64,000 nt of DNA from NCBI GenBank assembly GCA_964016885.1, contig OZ024742.1:208072001-208136000 (forward strand), read 5' to 3'. The stretch is from Eledone cirrhosa. Taxonomy: Eukaryota. The translations under genes were made by a program, and so were the position numbers. A model generated the notes under the pieces. That model was not told where the DNA came from and did not search any database. It saw nothing but the letters and a program-made list of their open reading frames with translations. Below, piece by piece: positions 14,493 to 28,184 of this stretch; positions within the stretch are counted from its first letter, which is position 1; every line of letters begins with the position of its first letter.

Positions 14493-14795
14493 ACACTTAC
14501 TCTGATTGGTTGAAAATTAGCCAATGACATACGATCACCACCACCACGGTTATCCCCGAAAAATTTATGAAGAAGCTAGGCATATATGTTAGAACACGAA
14601 AAGTGAACATTCTGTTGTTTCACACTTTTCGTGTTCTAACAGATATGTACGTATGGATTCACCGAACATTTATTATAATGCTCGGTGTGTTTGTAAACAA
14701 ACATCCCGTATTAAACCGTAGTGTCTAGCAACCATCGCATGTATGTATATAAATATACATACTACTGTACGTCTGTATACATATACGTGTATATA

Positions 14796-14980
14796 GGGCG
14801 GTGCATTGGCAGTATCAGTAGAGGTTCGGACGCCATGCTTTGCAACATAGAGTTACGGCCCTTTATAATCTGAGTTCAAATTTCGCCGAGGTTAGCTTTG
14901 CCTTTCATCATTACGGGGTCGTAATCAACTTTCCTCTCGCCCAAAATTGCTGACCTTGTGTCTATGTAAGGAACCAATAT
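14796..14980 (+). mobile_element. tRNA-derived SINE
   Basis: Same family with an internal deletion. Confidence 0.75.
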
Positions 14981-15233
14981 TAACGTTCGATATAGCTCCT
15001 ACGTACATATGTATATGTGCATGTGTGTATATGTATGTACATGTGTGTATATGTGTGTATACTTACAATTATCTGTCAGCGGTGCTAGAGTAAGAATTAA
15101 AATTCTAACTTTATTTTTAGTTTTCTGCACGGTCAGCCGTAACTCGCTCCGTATGCAAATAAGGCTACTCAGCCTATGTGTACTTAAGGAAATGGTATAT
15201 ATTTTCAACCGTTCAGCAGATTGGCAGAGGTAT

Positions 15234-15276
15234 GCAGTCCTGATGAAAGGTAATGATTCAGAAACATCTTGATTGT
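15234..15276 (+). ncRNA. degenerate hammerhead in a diverged family C-like pLTR
   Basis: GCAGTC-CTGATGA..GAAACATCTT-GATTGT. The upstream CGTTCAGCAGATTGGCAGA resembles family C. Confidence 0.45.
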
Positions 15277-15430
15277 TCCTCAATGCCAGTGTTAAACAAA
15301 TGGATGACGATTAGTCTTTGGCAAGCTTCTAATCGGACCTAATCGGACTGACTGTCTACAAATGAATCGAATTATTAATATTAATGTTCGATATAGCCCA
15401 AACGTGCACATGTACATGTATATGTGTTTG

Positions 15431-15462
<32 letters not shown>

Positions 15463-15526
15463 CAAACACACACATATATAAGTGTGTGTATTTATATATA
15501 TGTGCGCACACGCACACACACACACA

Positions 15527-15663
<137 letters not shown>

Positions 15664-16711
15664 ATATGATTGATCAAAGTGTAGGAGACATATTTTCCTT
15701 CAAACAACGTTCAAGTATGGCATGAAAGTGAAGTGAAATATCGTGGAATTAATGAAGTAGATGTAATATTCCGGCATCAAATAGATTTAGAAGAAAGAAA
15801 ATCTAAAAACACATTTCTGCTTCATTGGGTCCATCCATTAGATTGGGGTCAAAGTTAGAATGAAAAAGATTCGTTTTATAGGATACAAAACTATGGATAA
15901 CAAGGATAAAACAAACGAACAATAAACAAATATTGCGCTCAAGAAGCGTACACTGGAGAAGTCTTCTCCTAAACAGAAGGCTATCATAAATACACACAAA
16001 AAAAGTATATCATAAACAACACTGTTCCGAATACAAATACAAGAAGATATTGAGATGAAAAGATGTTGTCCTCGATCAAGGGAAATAATCGGGTACAAAA
16101 ATAAAAGGGAACGTCTTTATCACAGAAGGAATTTAATGACGCAGTCAGGCAGATCGATAAAAGAAAATACAGAAAAATAAAAGAACATAGCGTAGTGTAA
16201 AGTAGTTTTATTAGAAATATCTCCAGACATAGTGCTTACAGAATACAACATTCCAACCAAAAATCGAACAAGATAGAACGGCTATAAAGAAACACCTAAA
16301 AGATACAATTATTTTTTATTTTTAATACTTGAAGATAGTATCAGTAAAGATGATAGTGATAGCAACCACGTATATGACGTTTGTATTGATAATGATGTGA
16401 ATACATTGATAATATAGAATATGATAAACAGACCTAATGCAATGAACTTGTTGAAGATATATTCCATGCGATGGTGAAATTGTGATTAAAGCTATAAATT
16501 ATTCATTTATTCCAAAGGAGTGAAACAGTTCCTGGTTTCAAATTTAGTCCCGAGGCACTTGAAGTTGATGGAAGAAAATGTTATATGTATATATGTATAT
16601 ATATGTTGTCCCCCAAAAATATATAAACACTTTAATAGCATTCTAATAAATATTCCCTGTACAGGTAATAAAAGTATGTATACATTTTTGGGCAACACCC
16701 TCTATATTAAA

Positions 16712-16803
16712 ACATGTCTGAGGAGCTTCCAATTCTAGAGTCAGGTTCGATCATTAATAGATCGTTCCTCGAGCTGATCAACAGTGAAACATATGTAATA
16801 TGT
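16712..16803 (+). ncRNA. hammerhead ribozyme with extended (about 60 nt) stem II
   Basis: ACATGT-CTGAGGA-[long imperfect hairpin]-GAAA-CATATGTA-ATATGT. Stem III is the palindrome ACATATGT. A homologue lies at 28032-28125. Confidence 0.6.
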
Positions 16804-16881
16804 AATACATATATATGTGATACAACACTGATACTTTCTTCCTTATATATTAATACTATATATATATATATATATATATAT

Positions 16882-17058
16882 AAAGAAGGAAATGTGGTAA
16901 GGAACCAAGTGGACCATAACGCACCAAAGTACTCAATACTTAGGGTAATAGGAACGAGTAGGCTCAAGCCGTTTCGACGGCTAATTCTGGACTAATTAGT
17001 CCAGAATTAGCCGTCGAAACGGCTTGAGCTCAGCCGTCGGGGTCCTACTCGTTCCTAT
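16882..17058. mobile_element. fold-back mini-element, family A copy 2
   Basis: Same tail and arms as 2128-2335 with small deletions. Palindrome centre is TGGACTAATTAGTCCA near 16995. Flanked by (TA)n. Confidence 0.8.
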
Positions 17059-17919
17059 ATATATATATATATATGTGCATGTGTGTGTGTGAGTGTGTAT
17101 GATTGTGTGTGTGTGTGTGTATGTTATTTATTTGAACACTTACATATATGGGTCGATATGGTTCACAATAACTTTCTTCTGAAAGGTTGTGTCTCTGAGT
17201 CAAGGTCAGAAATTATTATTTCTTTGATTCAATCATACATATTTATTTTATTAACGCGCTACTTCTTTACATTTTATTCACCTTTTTACTACCTGAAACA
17301 AACCCATAATTCCTTTTTTATAAGCTTCTATAAAATATCTATTAACTACATACAAGAAGAGGGGGTTTGCAGTTGATAGAAATATTTTTATACACATATC
17401 ACTAAAGTATCAGAGCATTTCAATTGTCCTGATAAATCTCAGGCATTGTCCCTATAACATAAGTCTTTGTGTATTAGGTTTCATTATATGAATGATAAAG
17501 TACCAGTAAGGCACTGGGTAATTGCTGGCTTTGTGCCTAAAGTAGAAACAATTATATGAATGACAAAGACGCCAATGTATACGTGTCGAACTTTGTTATA
17601 AATATATCTAGTAAAATGTAGATACGTCACAGGATTTATCGATAAACATATTTAGATTATAATATGATAATTGTTTCTACTTTGGGCACAAGGCCAGCAA
17701 GCACCCAGTACATTACTGGTACTTTATTGTATCGACCTCGTAAGGATGAAAGGCAAAGTTTTGAAATTAATAATGGTACTGCAGGTGTTGATGGTGACGA
17801 AAATGCTGATGATGGCACCGGGTACAGCAGTAAGGATTATGACGATTGTTAAGTAAATAACTAGGATGAATTTGATGTTTAAAATAATGAAAATGGTGAT
17901 ACGATGGGGAATTAGGTTG

Positions 17920-18205
17920 ATGAAGATGATGATAGTGGTGGTGTTGGTGATGGTGGTGGTGGTGATGGTGGTGGTGGTGGTGGTGGTGGTGGTGATGATG
18001 GTGGTGGTGATGATGGTGGTGGTGGTGGTGAGGTTGTAGATGGTGGTGGTGATGGTGGTGGTGGTGTTGATAATGGTGGTGGTGTTGATGTTAGTGGTCA
18101 TGATCGTGATAACGATCAGGATGATGAGCATGATGAGTATGGTTATCAGGATGGTCATGATCACTATGACGACCACAATCATGGCGATGCTGATCACAAT
18201 GATGC
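17920..18205. repeat. (GGT)n/(GAT)n trinucleotide microsatellite
   Basis: Direct reading. Confidence 0.9.
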
Positions 18206-18224
18206 TAGCAAATTTCGAAGGAGG

Positions 18225-18560
18225 CAGATCCCTCATCTGAGATGCCACCTGCGGCGACACGATCTCCACCTTTAACTTCAACGCTTCGGCCACAGACTCC
18301 GGCATCGCGGCTCGCCTCGCAGAAGAACGTAAAATAAACAAATACCGGGGTTTGTCCAGCCGCTTCGCCTCCACACCGGCCACCGTCGAGACTTCTGGCG
18401 TACTTGGACTCCGTATAGTCGAGCTCCTCCGCAAGATCGGAATATCGGCAGCCCGTCTGACGAAGGAGCCCCGCGAGGTTGGGTGGCTATTGCAGCAGGT
18501 GTCACTAGCCGTTGTTCGCGGGAATGCTTTTGTTGTCTTGTCCGCGGGGCGCAGCCTTTC
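18225..18560 (+). pseudogene. CRE-like non-LTR retrotransposon, RLE C-terminal fragment
   Basis: Translates as LI*DATCGDT..AARLAEERKINKY..VETSGVLG..EPRE..LLQQVSLAVVRGNA, matching the fragment near 51318. Confidence 0.7.
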
Positions 18561-18767
18561 TGCCCCATGCCCTAGGCCCAACGCAAAATCACCCGCCCCT
18601 TCACCCCTCCCCTGTCTTCTGAGACATCAGCGTTCTTGCCATTCCCTCCCCTTCCCGTTCATATTTTTCTTTCTTTTTCTCTTTTTTCTCTATATTTTCA
18701 TATTCTTTTTTCTTTTGTTTTCTTTTTTTTTTATTATTGCTGTTATTATTGTCATTAGTATTATTAT

Positions 18768-18982
18768 TGGATTGGCAGAATCGGTAGAGAGTCGGGCACT
18801 ATGCTTTTCAGCATAGTTACGGCCCTTTACATTCTGAGTTCAAATCCCGCCGAGGTTAGATTTGCATTTTATCCTTACAGGGTCGATCAAATTAAGTACC
18901 AGTAATGCACTGGAGTCGATTTAATCGACTTTTCTCTTCCGCAAAATTGTTGGCCTTGTGCCTAAATCAGAAACCATTATTA
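18768..18982 (+). mobile_element. tRNA-derived SINE
   Basis: Same family, near full length. Confidence 0.8.
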
Positions 18983-21088
18983 TCACCATTACTGTAAATC
19001 CTGATCTTAACATTATTTAGGCCGATATTAATAACTACTTTAAAAAAAATGGTAACTAACATATTTAAAGAATATCGACAATAAAAAACGAGGTGGAGAT
19101 CCACTAACTGTTTACACAATCCTATAGAAATAACGACCTAATCACCCTCAGAATTGAAGGAAACATTCGGTAATGCCAAGAAAAATAAAAACAGGAGGAG
19201 CCTGGATCCAATACCTTTGATGGGTGTCGCCCTGCGGTTAAACAACAGGCTCCTCAACAACAAAATCGGTATTCACATATGTACACATGTACAATATAAG
19301 TATATTCGATTTGAGGTGTTGAATCCTCACGAATGTCTGTCTAGTTTTGTAGACTAAAAAATTTAAGAAATGTGTACAAATAATATATGTAAATTATTAT
19401 ATTCATTTTTCAGATGATGTATTGTTTGTCCTGATTCTGTTAATTCACTATACAATGATAATTTAAAATTCTTAAATAACATCATTAGAACGGTGCCGTA
19501 AATATCTATTTCATTAGCCTTTTGCATATAGGTATATAGATATTAATAGAGGAACTGTTTCTATGTTTCCATGTATAAATAAAATTATGTCAAAATAATA
19601 TGAAATCGGCTACCAACATCTGATGATCTTCGAATATCAGCTAATACAATTATGGATGTATGGAAGTAGTACAAGTATGGAAGAAAAGACATAGAAAGCA
19701 TCTGTTTTCCATTTTAATCACAGGCATGAAATATATCACTGTCCAGAATGGATCATGCGAAAATTGAAGTGAACAAATTTTGGGAAGAGGACTAAAATTT
19801 TATATTCTTAAGCAATTGTTAGTCTTTTTGATTTTGTTGTATTTGAGTTATGCGAAATACCCAATGATGGTGGATGTGAGTGTGGAACTGAAAGATAATG
19901 CTTTAACATAGCTTGCCTGCAGATGCAAATACCGGACTCTAGCTTATTGGCTGTGACATTCAGAACTAATATTTGCCAATGATATACTAGAGATCAGGTA
20001 ACCAACTGTACACCTCTCCTATAAAAGTGCCGTAAATGCTTGACATTCTAGATGTTAGTAGCCTACGTTCGGTCTGAGTGGCATCAGTGATGTTACTCCG
20101 AGTCCACCACGATATCAAAATCTGTTGGCAGCAGATGGAATTTTTGGCAAGGGGATTTGATCTTTCTACAAAACAACAAAATAGAATAAGCAAAAAACAA
20201 TAACAACTATATGAGCAGCAACCACGAAAACCAATGTATGCAATGTGGTTTACAACTGCTTGTTTAAATATTATGGCCCTACGACAACAGTAAGAACTAA
20301 AAGAATCAATGGACAGAGAGTGGCCTATTTACACATTGGACGAAAGACGAATTATACTTACGACAGTTCACTCTCGGTTTGACTCTACTGTGTATAATTG
20401 GACATGTTTAAATTCATCCAACTATATCAGGTTATCGTGAAATGCTATCTGCTTTTCTAATATAGAGTGACGTCTTCTCCATTGGAATATATATTTCCCA
20501 TCTCCATAAAGCCTAGTAATAGGAAATATTTGAAATGTATTCTTCGAAGCATTAGAAACATTTACGTGTATTTCAGAAGAACGCGAAAGGAACACAAAAC
20601 GAATATAAACAAAAAAATTACAGAAATGTCAACATCAACTTCAGCACAAAATCAACAAGAAAAGCAAAACAGCAACGGCGCTAGACATAATCAACACAAA
20701 GAGTACTTAAAATGTCTCTTCTAATTTAGGTAATAGATTTCAACCTATATTGCCTTTCCGATTTTGTCACAATTTAAAGGACGAAAGCACTGAGTTATTT
20801 GGTGAAAGGGTATGCAATTTTAAGACATGCGGGTAGCAAGGGTGGATACTCTCCATGTCTTTCTTTGAAGTGACCTCTTTTTCTGTATTTATACATATTA
20901 TATGCACTTACGTATATGTATGAGATTAGCTGAATATATATATATATATATATTAGAAAGTGAGGTTTTTTTTACAAAATGAAAAATAACCGAGGTGTCC
21001 TACACGAGTGAAAGTATAAAGAAAAAGAGATGAAATCGAAAATGCAACTGAAGTCTTATTTAAAAAAAATATATATATATTTATTTGG

Positions 21089-21128
21089 TTCCTTTACCGG
21101 TTTCGCAGTTCTTCTGCTTTTCAAAAGG
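21089..21128 (-). ncRNA. hammerhead ribozyme, U3-A8 core variant
   Basis: Minus strand reads CCTT-TTGAAAA-GCAGAAGAACTGC-GAAA-CCGGTA-AAGG. Confidence 0.65.
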
Positions 21129-22157
21129 TGAGTTGAGATGGAGGGTCTGTGGTTTTTCTCACATCTGGTTGGTCTCTGAATGTTACTTGTTTTATATGGA
21201 AAAAGTGGCTCCAAATTCCAGGTTTTTCGAGAAGTAATTTGATTGGTTTGTCAATAATTATAATAAATTTCGCGCCAGTTCGCGTTACAATAGTTCTTCA
21301 AATAAGAGAGGGGGGGGGGTTGTCACAGGTTGTTTTTTTCATATATGAGCGTTTGAATTTCTTTTTACTTGAAAAAAGGAGGCTCACGAAGGCTTTTTTT
21401 TGGTTGGTTATAAATGAAATTTGGCTGTCATGTGAACAAGTTTTTATTACATTTTTGCGCCCTTATTTGGAAAACTATTCTGTAGTCTTTATAGTGAATG
21501 TTATGACAATGGAGAGATAGTGGTCAAGAGAAAAGGGATTGGGAGAAATGTTCTGGTTCAGTGAATATGGCCAGCTCGCCGGGGTGTCAGAGTTCAGATT
21601 TTCTATTGAGACTGAAGATATGTATGTTTATTTGTGTGCTTGTGTGTGTGTATGTGTGTGTGTGTGTGTGTGTATGTGTGTATTGGAAGATGATTCTATT
21701 AGTAGAGATGGGGGAGGGAGTTGTGTGTGTGTGTATATGGGTGTTATGTGTGTGTGTGCGAGTATGTTAAGATGGAGAGAATATATATTTTGTGTGTGTG
21801 TATATATATATATGTGTGTGTAGGAAAGTGGTTCTATTAGTAAAAATGGGGAGGGAGTTGTAGGTGTGGGGGTTGTTATGTGTGTGTATGGGTGTTATGT
21901 GTGTGGGAGTATGTTTAGCATGTTAAGACGAAGAGAATATATATATATATTGTGTGTGTGTGTATGTGTGTGTGTAGGAAAGTGATTCCTTTAGTAGGAA
22001 TATTTTTGAATGAACATATTTTCCTTACTTTTTCGTGTTTGCTGTTGTATTGCCAGTGCAAACGTATGTTAAGGTTTAGTTCGGGTTTTTATTTTCTAAA
22101 GTAGAAGGTGTTATGTGTGTGTGTGTATGTCATATTGTGGTGTTGACATAATGTATA

Positions 22158-23090
22158 TTAAACCTTATTTAATGTTGGTCTATATTTTTGAATAAACATA
22201 TTTTCCTTATTTATTCGCATTTGTTCTGTTGTATTGTTAGCGCAAAGGTAAAATGGGAAGACTTGGAATTTGGGTGTCTTATTACTTGCGCAAATGTCTA
22301 GATGTGCACTTAGTGGTATTTGTCTCGTGGTTGGATCTCGTAATTGTTGGCGATGAACTGTCATTCTGTTTCTGAGTGTGAGTTTAGTTTGTCCTATATA
22401 ATCTTCATTGCATCCTTTACATTTAATGGCATAAATTAGATTTTTTGATGAGCAAGTGAAGTGATTTTTTACAGTAAAATTTTGTCCTGATTTAAATGTA
22501 TACGTGTTGCCTTCAATGAGGTGAGTGCAGGTTCCACAATTAGAGCGACCACATTTTTTGATACTTGGTTGTGGGTTTGTGGTAGGTAATTTGGCATTGG
22601 TGAGTAATGTTTTCAGTGATTTTGGTTGTCTTTTGCTTTTGATTATTAGGTGTGTTTCAAGGGCTTTTTTCATTCTTGGGTTTTGTTTTAGTAGTGGGAT
22701 GTTATTGTGAATAGTGTTGTAAGCTTCCGCATTTCTTGGGTTGTGTGTTGAGATATATGATAGAATATTGGACGTACCTTGAATTTGTTTCTGTTTCCGT
22801 AATTCATCAATGCCTATTGCTTTAGCCCTTTCTATTCCATTATTTATTAGTAATAGTGGGTATTCTCTCTCAAGTAGAATTTCCTTTAATTCTTGAAGTC
22901 TTTTATTTCGCGTTTCATAATTGGAGACAATTGTGCAAATTCTTCTGGCTAGGTTAAAAGGAATGTTCGTCTTCGTGTGCTTTGGATGGTTGGAGGTGAA
23001 TAGCAGATATTGTTTGGAATCTGTTGGTTTGTAGTGTATGTCAGTTTCGATATTTGTGTCTTTTTGTGCGATTAAGATGTCCAGAAATGG
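22158..23090 (-). pseudogene. PLE RT C-terminus/thumb + Cys-rich linker + GIY-YIG endonuclease (uninterrupted, 5'-truncated)
   Basis: FLDILI..YKPTDSKQYL..SNHP, then CGRSNCGTC, FTCSSKNLIYAIKCKGC..YIGQT..LRNRMTVH and E..FI..Y..LN. The ORF extension beyond 23090 is microsatellite. Confidence 0.9.
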
Positions 23091-23332
23091 GGGGGGGGGG
23101 TATGTGTTATTATGTAAATGTGTTATTGTGTAAATGTATGTGTATATGTGTGTGCATGAATGTATATATGTATTGATTGATGGTTGGATGTAAGTTTGTG
23201 TGTATATATGCGTCTCTACTTCTCTCAATCTTTCACATTTTGTGAGTGTGCATACGGGGACAACACATCTTAAGTATACTTGGACACATATATACACACA
23301 CAGGCACAAACACTGATATACATACATACATA

Positions 23333-23370
<38 letters not shown>

Positions 23371-23371
23371 C

Positions 23372-23422
<51 letters not shown>

Positions 23423-23769
23423 GTGTGTGTGTGTAGTTATATATATATCAATAAATCTGCAGGCATATATACCCATACATACATATGAAACAATACACAA
23501 TGTCGCGCACGTACACATACAAACAATGAGACATCTATTTATCATGCAGGCAGAAACAGAAACAGAAGTAGAAGTTAAAATGAGATTTCTAAAGTAAATG
23601 ATTGTTTAAAATATCTTCATGTAAAATATTGCGTGTCTAGGCAGTCTATAAACTTTGTTTTTCTTTCATTTCTTTCCTTCCTCATATATGTGTGTGTGAT
23701 TCCTTCGTACACATGTGTGGGTCTGGGTTTTAAACTATATATAGATATATATATATACGTATATATGTA

Positions 23770-23980
23770 GATCGCGAGTGAAATCGCAGATAACCATAGT
23801 TAAAGATGTACTCAATACATTAGTATTGTAAAAATCATTATTTAATATAGAAAAGGCTTCTACAGGGCTAGAAGTGTTTCATTCGTATAAAGTCACCAAG
23901 TATGCCCAGGCACTCCTGATGATTTCATATGATTGAAACAATTCCATTAGTGTAGAAGCTATTTCTATATTAAATAATAA
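23770..23980. mobile_element. fold-back mini-element, family B relative
   Basis: Shares the tail (GTACTCAATACAT) and arms with 2437-2635. CTGATGA at 23916-23922 and GAAAC at 23935. Confidence 0.6.
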
Positions 23981-24152
23981 TTGGCACAAGGCCAGCAAAT
24001 CACCACTGTATTACTGGTACTTTATTTTATCGACCCCATAAGGATGCAAGGCAAAGTTAACCTCGACGGGATTTGAACTCAGAATGGCAAGGGCCGTAAC
24101 TCTATGCGTCAAAGCATGGCGTCCGGCCCTCTACCGATACTGCCAATCGACT
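23979..24152 (-). mobile_element. tRNA-derived SINE
   Basis: Reverse complement of the family consensus. Confidence 0.8.
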
Positions 24153-25389
24153 GATATATATATGAATATATATATACATGCATAGAGAGGGATATAATGT
24201 AAGTGATGTCAACATGAATGGACCTAATATATTTCTTCCATATACTGCACCAATTGTGTTGTTATTTCTGTTTATCTTTTACACACACACATATACATAT
24301 ATATGAATATATACACATACACACACACACATACATACATATATATGCGTGGGTGGGCGTGTGTGTGTGTGTGTGTGTGTTTGCGTAATGTGTATGTATA
24401 TTTGTGTATTGTTTGTGCTCCGCTTGGTTGAATTTTGACATCCCCATTTCTTTTTTGGTTGATGTGGCTGCATATATATGAAGGAAGCATGTTCAACACC
24501 CATATGATGCTGTAACTATTTTGACTGAAGAGTAGACATTCTTTATTTGTTGTCATGACTTTTTCTCTTTGCTTTTGTTTCACACCCTTCTTGTTTTCTA
24601 TTCAGTAGATTGGTTCATAAATCGTCTTAGACAGCAGTCGTTCTGCTTCCTTAGGTAAGACGTATTTGCTTTTTTAACGAAGCTAAGCTTTTAAATATTC
24701 TCTTCAGCCGGTTAGTCTGTAAATGTTCGGACAGGTGTGACTTATATATCGCTGCATGCTTTTTCATATGTAGATGAAAAACATGACTGTTCGAGACGAT
24801 GAGTTTGTCTACTTATTACCTCTTGTGTCGGTGAACAACGAGGATGGATTGACCTAGATCCGACGTATAAATCCAAAGCATTGCAAACTGAAGTCGAATA
24901 AGCTCGGCTATCAGACGCAATGATCGCCACGCAGTCGCGATCACAACGGTTGGCACCATATACGTGAGGTTCAATTATTAATACAACATCAAACTTAATC
25001 GTGTTAGTCAACATTTCAGTCACCCACTTCAGTGTTTAGATCATACTTGCAATGGTGCAGGAGCAATATGCATCGTGAAGGAGCTGCCCATCGTAAGTGA
25101 CGGAGTAACTAATCAAAACACCGTAGATGTGTTTTTACTAAGCGTTGAAGGATGAGATCTGTTCCGGGACTAACGACGAATTTCAGAGTTTGACAGAAAC
25201 TCCAACGAACAATCTCTGAGGGTTCTTTTTTTACTTTGTAATTTGAAATAAGTTTGGGTATATTTCAGTTTCATGTATATATATATATATATGTAAAGGT
25301 ATATCCATCTATGCGTGTGAAAATGTGTGAGCTTTTGATTTGTACAGATATCCAGATAAATGTGGTTGCATGTGTGTGCAGGTGTGTGC

Positions 25390-25475
<86 letters not shown>

Positions 25476-25959
25476 GTGCGTGCGTGTGTGTGCGTGTGTG
25501 TGTGTGCGTTTATAGAAATATTTCCATAAATATGTATTCACATTTACAATATATACACCATTTGCATTATATCCTCAATCAGTATCTAAACAAGTCAGTA
25601 TATACTTGCAAATAAAGTTAAAGCATAATGATAAAAATGATTTTGGAGTGTAAACTTGTAGTTCTTTATAGGGCATTATATTTTGGGATGAAATCCCTTC
25701 ATCAAACTATTTAAAGAAATAATTATTTCGAAGTTGTGTAATTTTTATCGCACTTACGTTATATACAGAGTATGCGGATTCGAAATGATTTCTTCTATTA
25801 ATCCTTTAGGGCCAGAAGGAATGAAATCAAAGTCTGGTTTGACTTGGATTTTACCTTAACGGTTTTCTTGAATTGGATTCTGGATTTTTCAAGCTTTACA
25901 TTATCATGGACACCTAACCGACATCAGAGACATCCAAGCCCTGGCCAGTAACCTTTCCT

Positions 25960-26830
25960 TGGACGTGTCAAGTGAGAACGAAGTAGCTGCCCTGCGATCC
26001 TTTCCATGGAGTAGCAATGACGGAGTAGGTGGACATTACCTCACCATACACTGGTGAGGAAGGAGTACGATTGCTCCAGTCGATTACCGCTCTCACCAAC
26101 CGCCCAGCTCTCACCAACCGCCCAGCTCAACCTGCCCTGCCATGCCCGCGATCTTTTCTTCTCGGCCAGTCTGACCACTCTGAGAAAGAATAACTTAGGT
26201 TCTCCGACGATTTGCCCCAATATAGCATACAAGTCATTCAAAGATGAACTGTGCAAGTCACTAAGGCATATCCAGCTAGGAGTGGAAGTGAAATGTAGAT
26301 GTGAGGTAGAAGCTCATGTGGCCAGATGCTCTCTAGAGTACCCAACTATTTCGAAGCCCCAACATTTGCAGCTGGATATGAGAAACGCTTTCAACAGTAT
26401 TAGACGGGATCACATGTTAGAGACGTGTCTCAGACGAGACGAGCTCCCTCAGTCTTCTCTCTTGTCCACCTCTCGTACGGAAGACACATCATTCTCATTG
26501 TCGTTGACATCAAGGCCATTTCCCCTACGGGTGTCCAGCAAAGAGACCCACTCAGCCCGATTTTCTATGCACTGGCAGTTGACGATATTGGCTGTTCTGC
26601 CCAGGCACCTTTCAATGTTTAAATACATGGACGACTGGACACTGATTGGCTCGGCTGAATCAGTAGTTTGGGACCTTCGGCTAATCATCCGAGCTCTAAA
26701 GCACCTGGCACTTGAGATCAACGCATCCAAGTCCGAGGTGAGAAGCATTAGCTGCGAAGAGGCTACATTCAAAGACGTAGTACTCAGCATCCATCCCGTC
26801 TTGTCCGGTACTGACGACCATGGAATTCTG
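25960..26830 (+). pseudogene. CRE-like non-LTR RT fragment, frameshifted
   Basis: LDMRNAFNSIRRDHML, GVQQRDPLSPIFYAL and YMDDWTLIG..LALEINASKSE. Confidence 0.7.
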
Positions 26831-26906
26831 TATCTTTCGTTTGATTATCATCTAAAAAAAAGAAATTCCTTTTCGTTCGTTGTCGTTTCTTTGTAATTTT
26901 TCCTGC

Positions 26907-26944
<38 letters not shown>

Positions 26945-27794
26945 GTGTATGTGTGTGTGTGTTTGTGTGTTTACATAAATTTATACACTCACACAAACGC
27001 GTGCGCGCGCGCACACTCATGCAAGGAAACACTGCCATTAAAACAGTAAAAAACAAAATTGATGGTGGAAGAGAGCAGCCCGTACTCACACACGTACGCA
27101 TGTCCACAGGCACTCTCAACCCACACATATACACGTGCGCGTACGTGTTTGTGTGAAATGGTGCAAACAGAACACCTGCGGTATTTGATATTTGTGTTCA
27201 GTCAAGCCAGAATATTTTCATCCTAGATTTCACAGACGGATGTCGACATTACTTTAGCAGCTTTCAATATTGCTGAAAATGTTTTTCAAAAATAATTCTT
27301 GCTGAATTTGTAGCTTTCATATTTTAGTTGTCATAAATTACTTCAAACCCTATTGATTCATCTTCCTGGGTAGATGTATTTCTTCCTGGGTTTACGACCT
27401 TACCTAACAGGAATGTTGATAAATGAGGATAATAACGAACAATTTAAGACTAATTAAGACCACCATATTTCATGTGTCAATCTGCTTGGACAGTATCGTG
27501 AATTACTCATAGCTCACATGTGTGATATTGATCAAACCGTTTAGATTCTTCAACAGCCTATGAAGCTAATTCTTTTACTGTTATTAGTACTGCCTCTAAC
27601 TTGGTATTTCTCACTGTCTGTTCCTTTCTTCGTCTCTCTATGTTTGACGTTTTCCATTAATATGTCATTATTCATTTCTACTTTCCTGCATAATTTTTTA
27701 TTTTTTTTATTTTGTCATTATCATTTTGGAGGGATTCAGTATTTTATCATCAGTCAAAACATTTTCCCCTGTATTCTTAAATACAACTTTCGAA

Positions 27795-27833
<39 letters not shown>

Positions 27834-27879
27834 GTATATATATATATGTATATATGTATATATGTATATATATATATTT

Positions 27880-28170
27880 GGTGTTGGATGCTTAAAGCGT
27901 CCATATGCGGTAGGCCGTATAAGCACTGAAAAAAGAAAAAAAGAGAATCAGTGTTGCGACGAAAGGAATTTATTTGACAGAAGAAATTCGATGTTAAAGG
28001 ACTATAGGAAAATCTGCTTCGTAGAATCGAAACATATCTGACGACCGTGTTGATTTCAGAGTCAGGTATGATCATCATATCGATCGTGCCTCGAGCTGAT
28101 CACCCGAGAAAAATTTGTAATATGTCAAATAAATTCCTTTCGGCGCAACACTGATTCTCTTTTTTCTGTG
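27880..28170. mobile_element. fold-back element, family G, carrying the long-stem II HHR (28032-28125)
   Basis: Arms AAAAAAGAGAATCAGTGTTGCGACGAAAGGAATTTATTTGACA and its reverse complement at about 28123-28165. Contains ACATAT-CTGACGA..GAAA..TA-ATATGT. Confidence 0.65.
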
Positions 28171-28184
28171 ATATATATATATAT

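Larger units (their letters stand above)
20953..23090 (-). mobile_element. 5'-truncated Neptune-type Penelope-like element
   Basis: Coding remnant at 22158-23090, then a 3' UTR with tandem duplications at 21640-21990 and an HHR variant at 21089-21128. Ends in (TA)n. Confidence 0.8.

Noticed and set aside
15800-16330. Very decayed LINE-like coding remnants (also about 1450-1560, 20200-20450 and 27200-27540)
   Set aside because: Too degenerate to assign by eye.
17724-18581. 285-aa minus-strand ORF with poly-Thr
   Set aside because: It is the antisense of a CRE-like fragment fused to a (GGT)n microsatellite.
19620-19645. CTGATGA as a hammerhead core
   Set aside because: No GAAA or pairing stems follow. 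The same applies to the CTGATGA near 17806.
24730-25200. GC-balanced unique-looking segment
   Set aside because: Only short ORFs and no recognisable motif.
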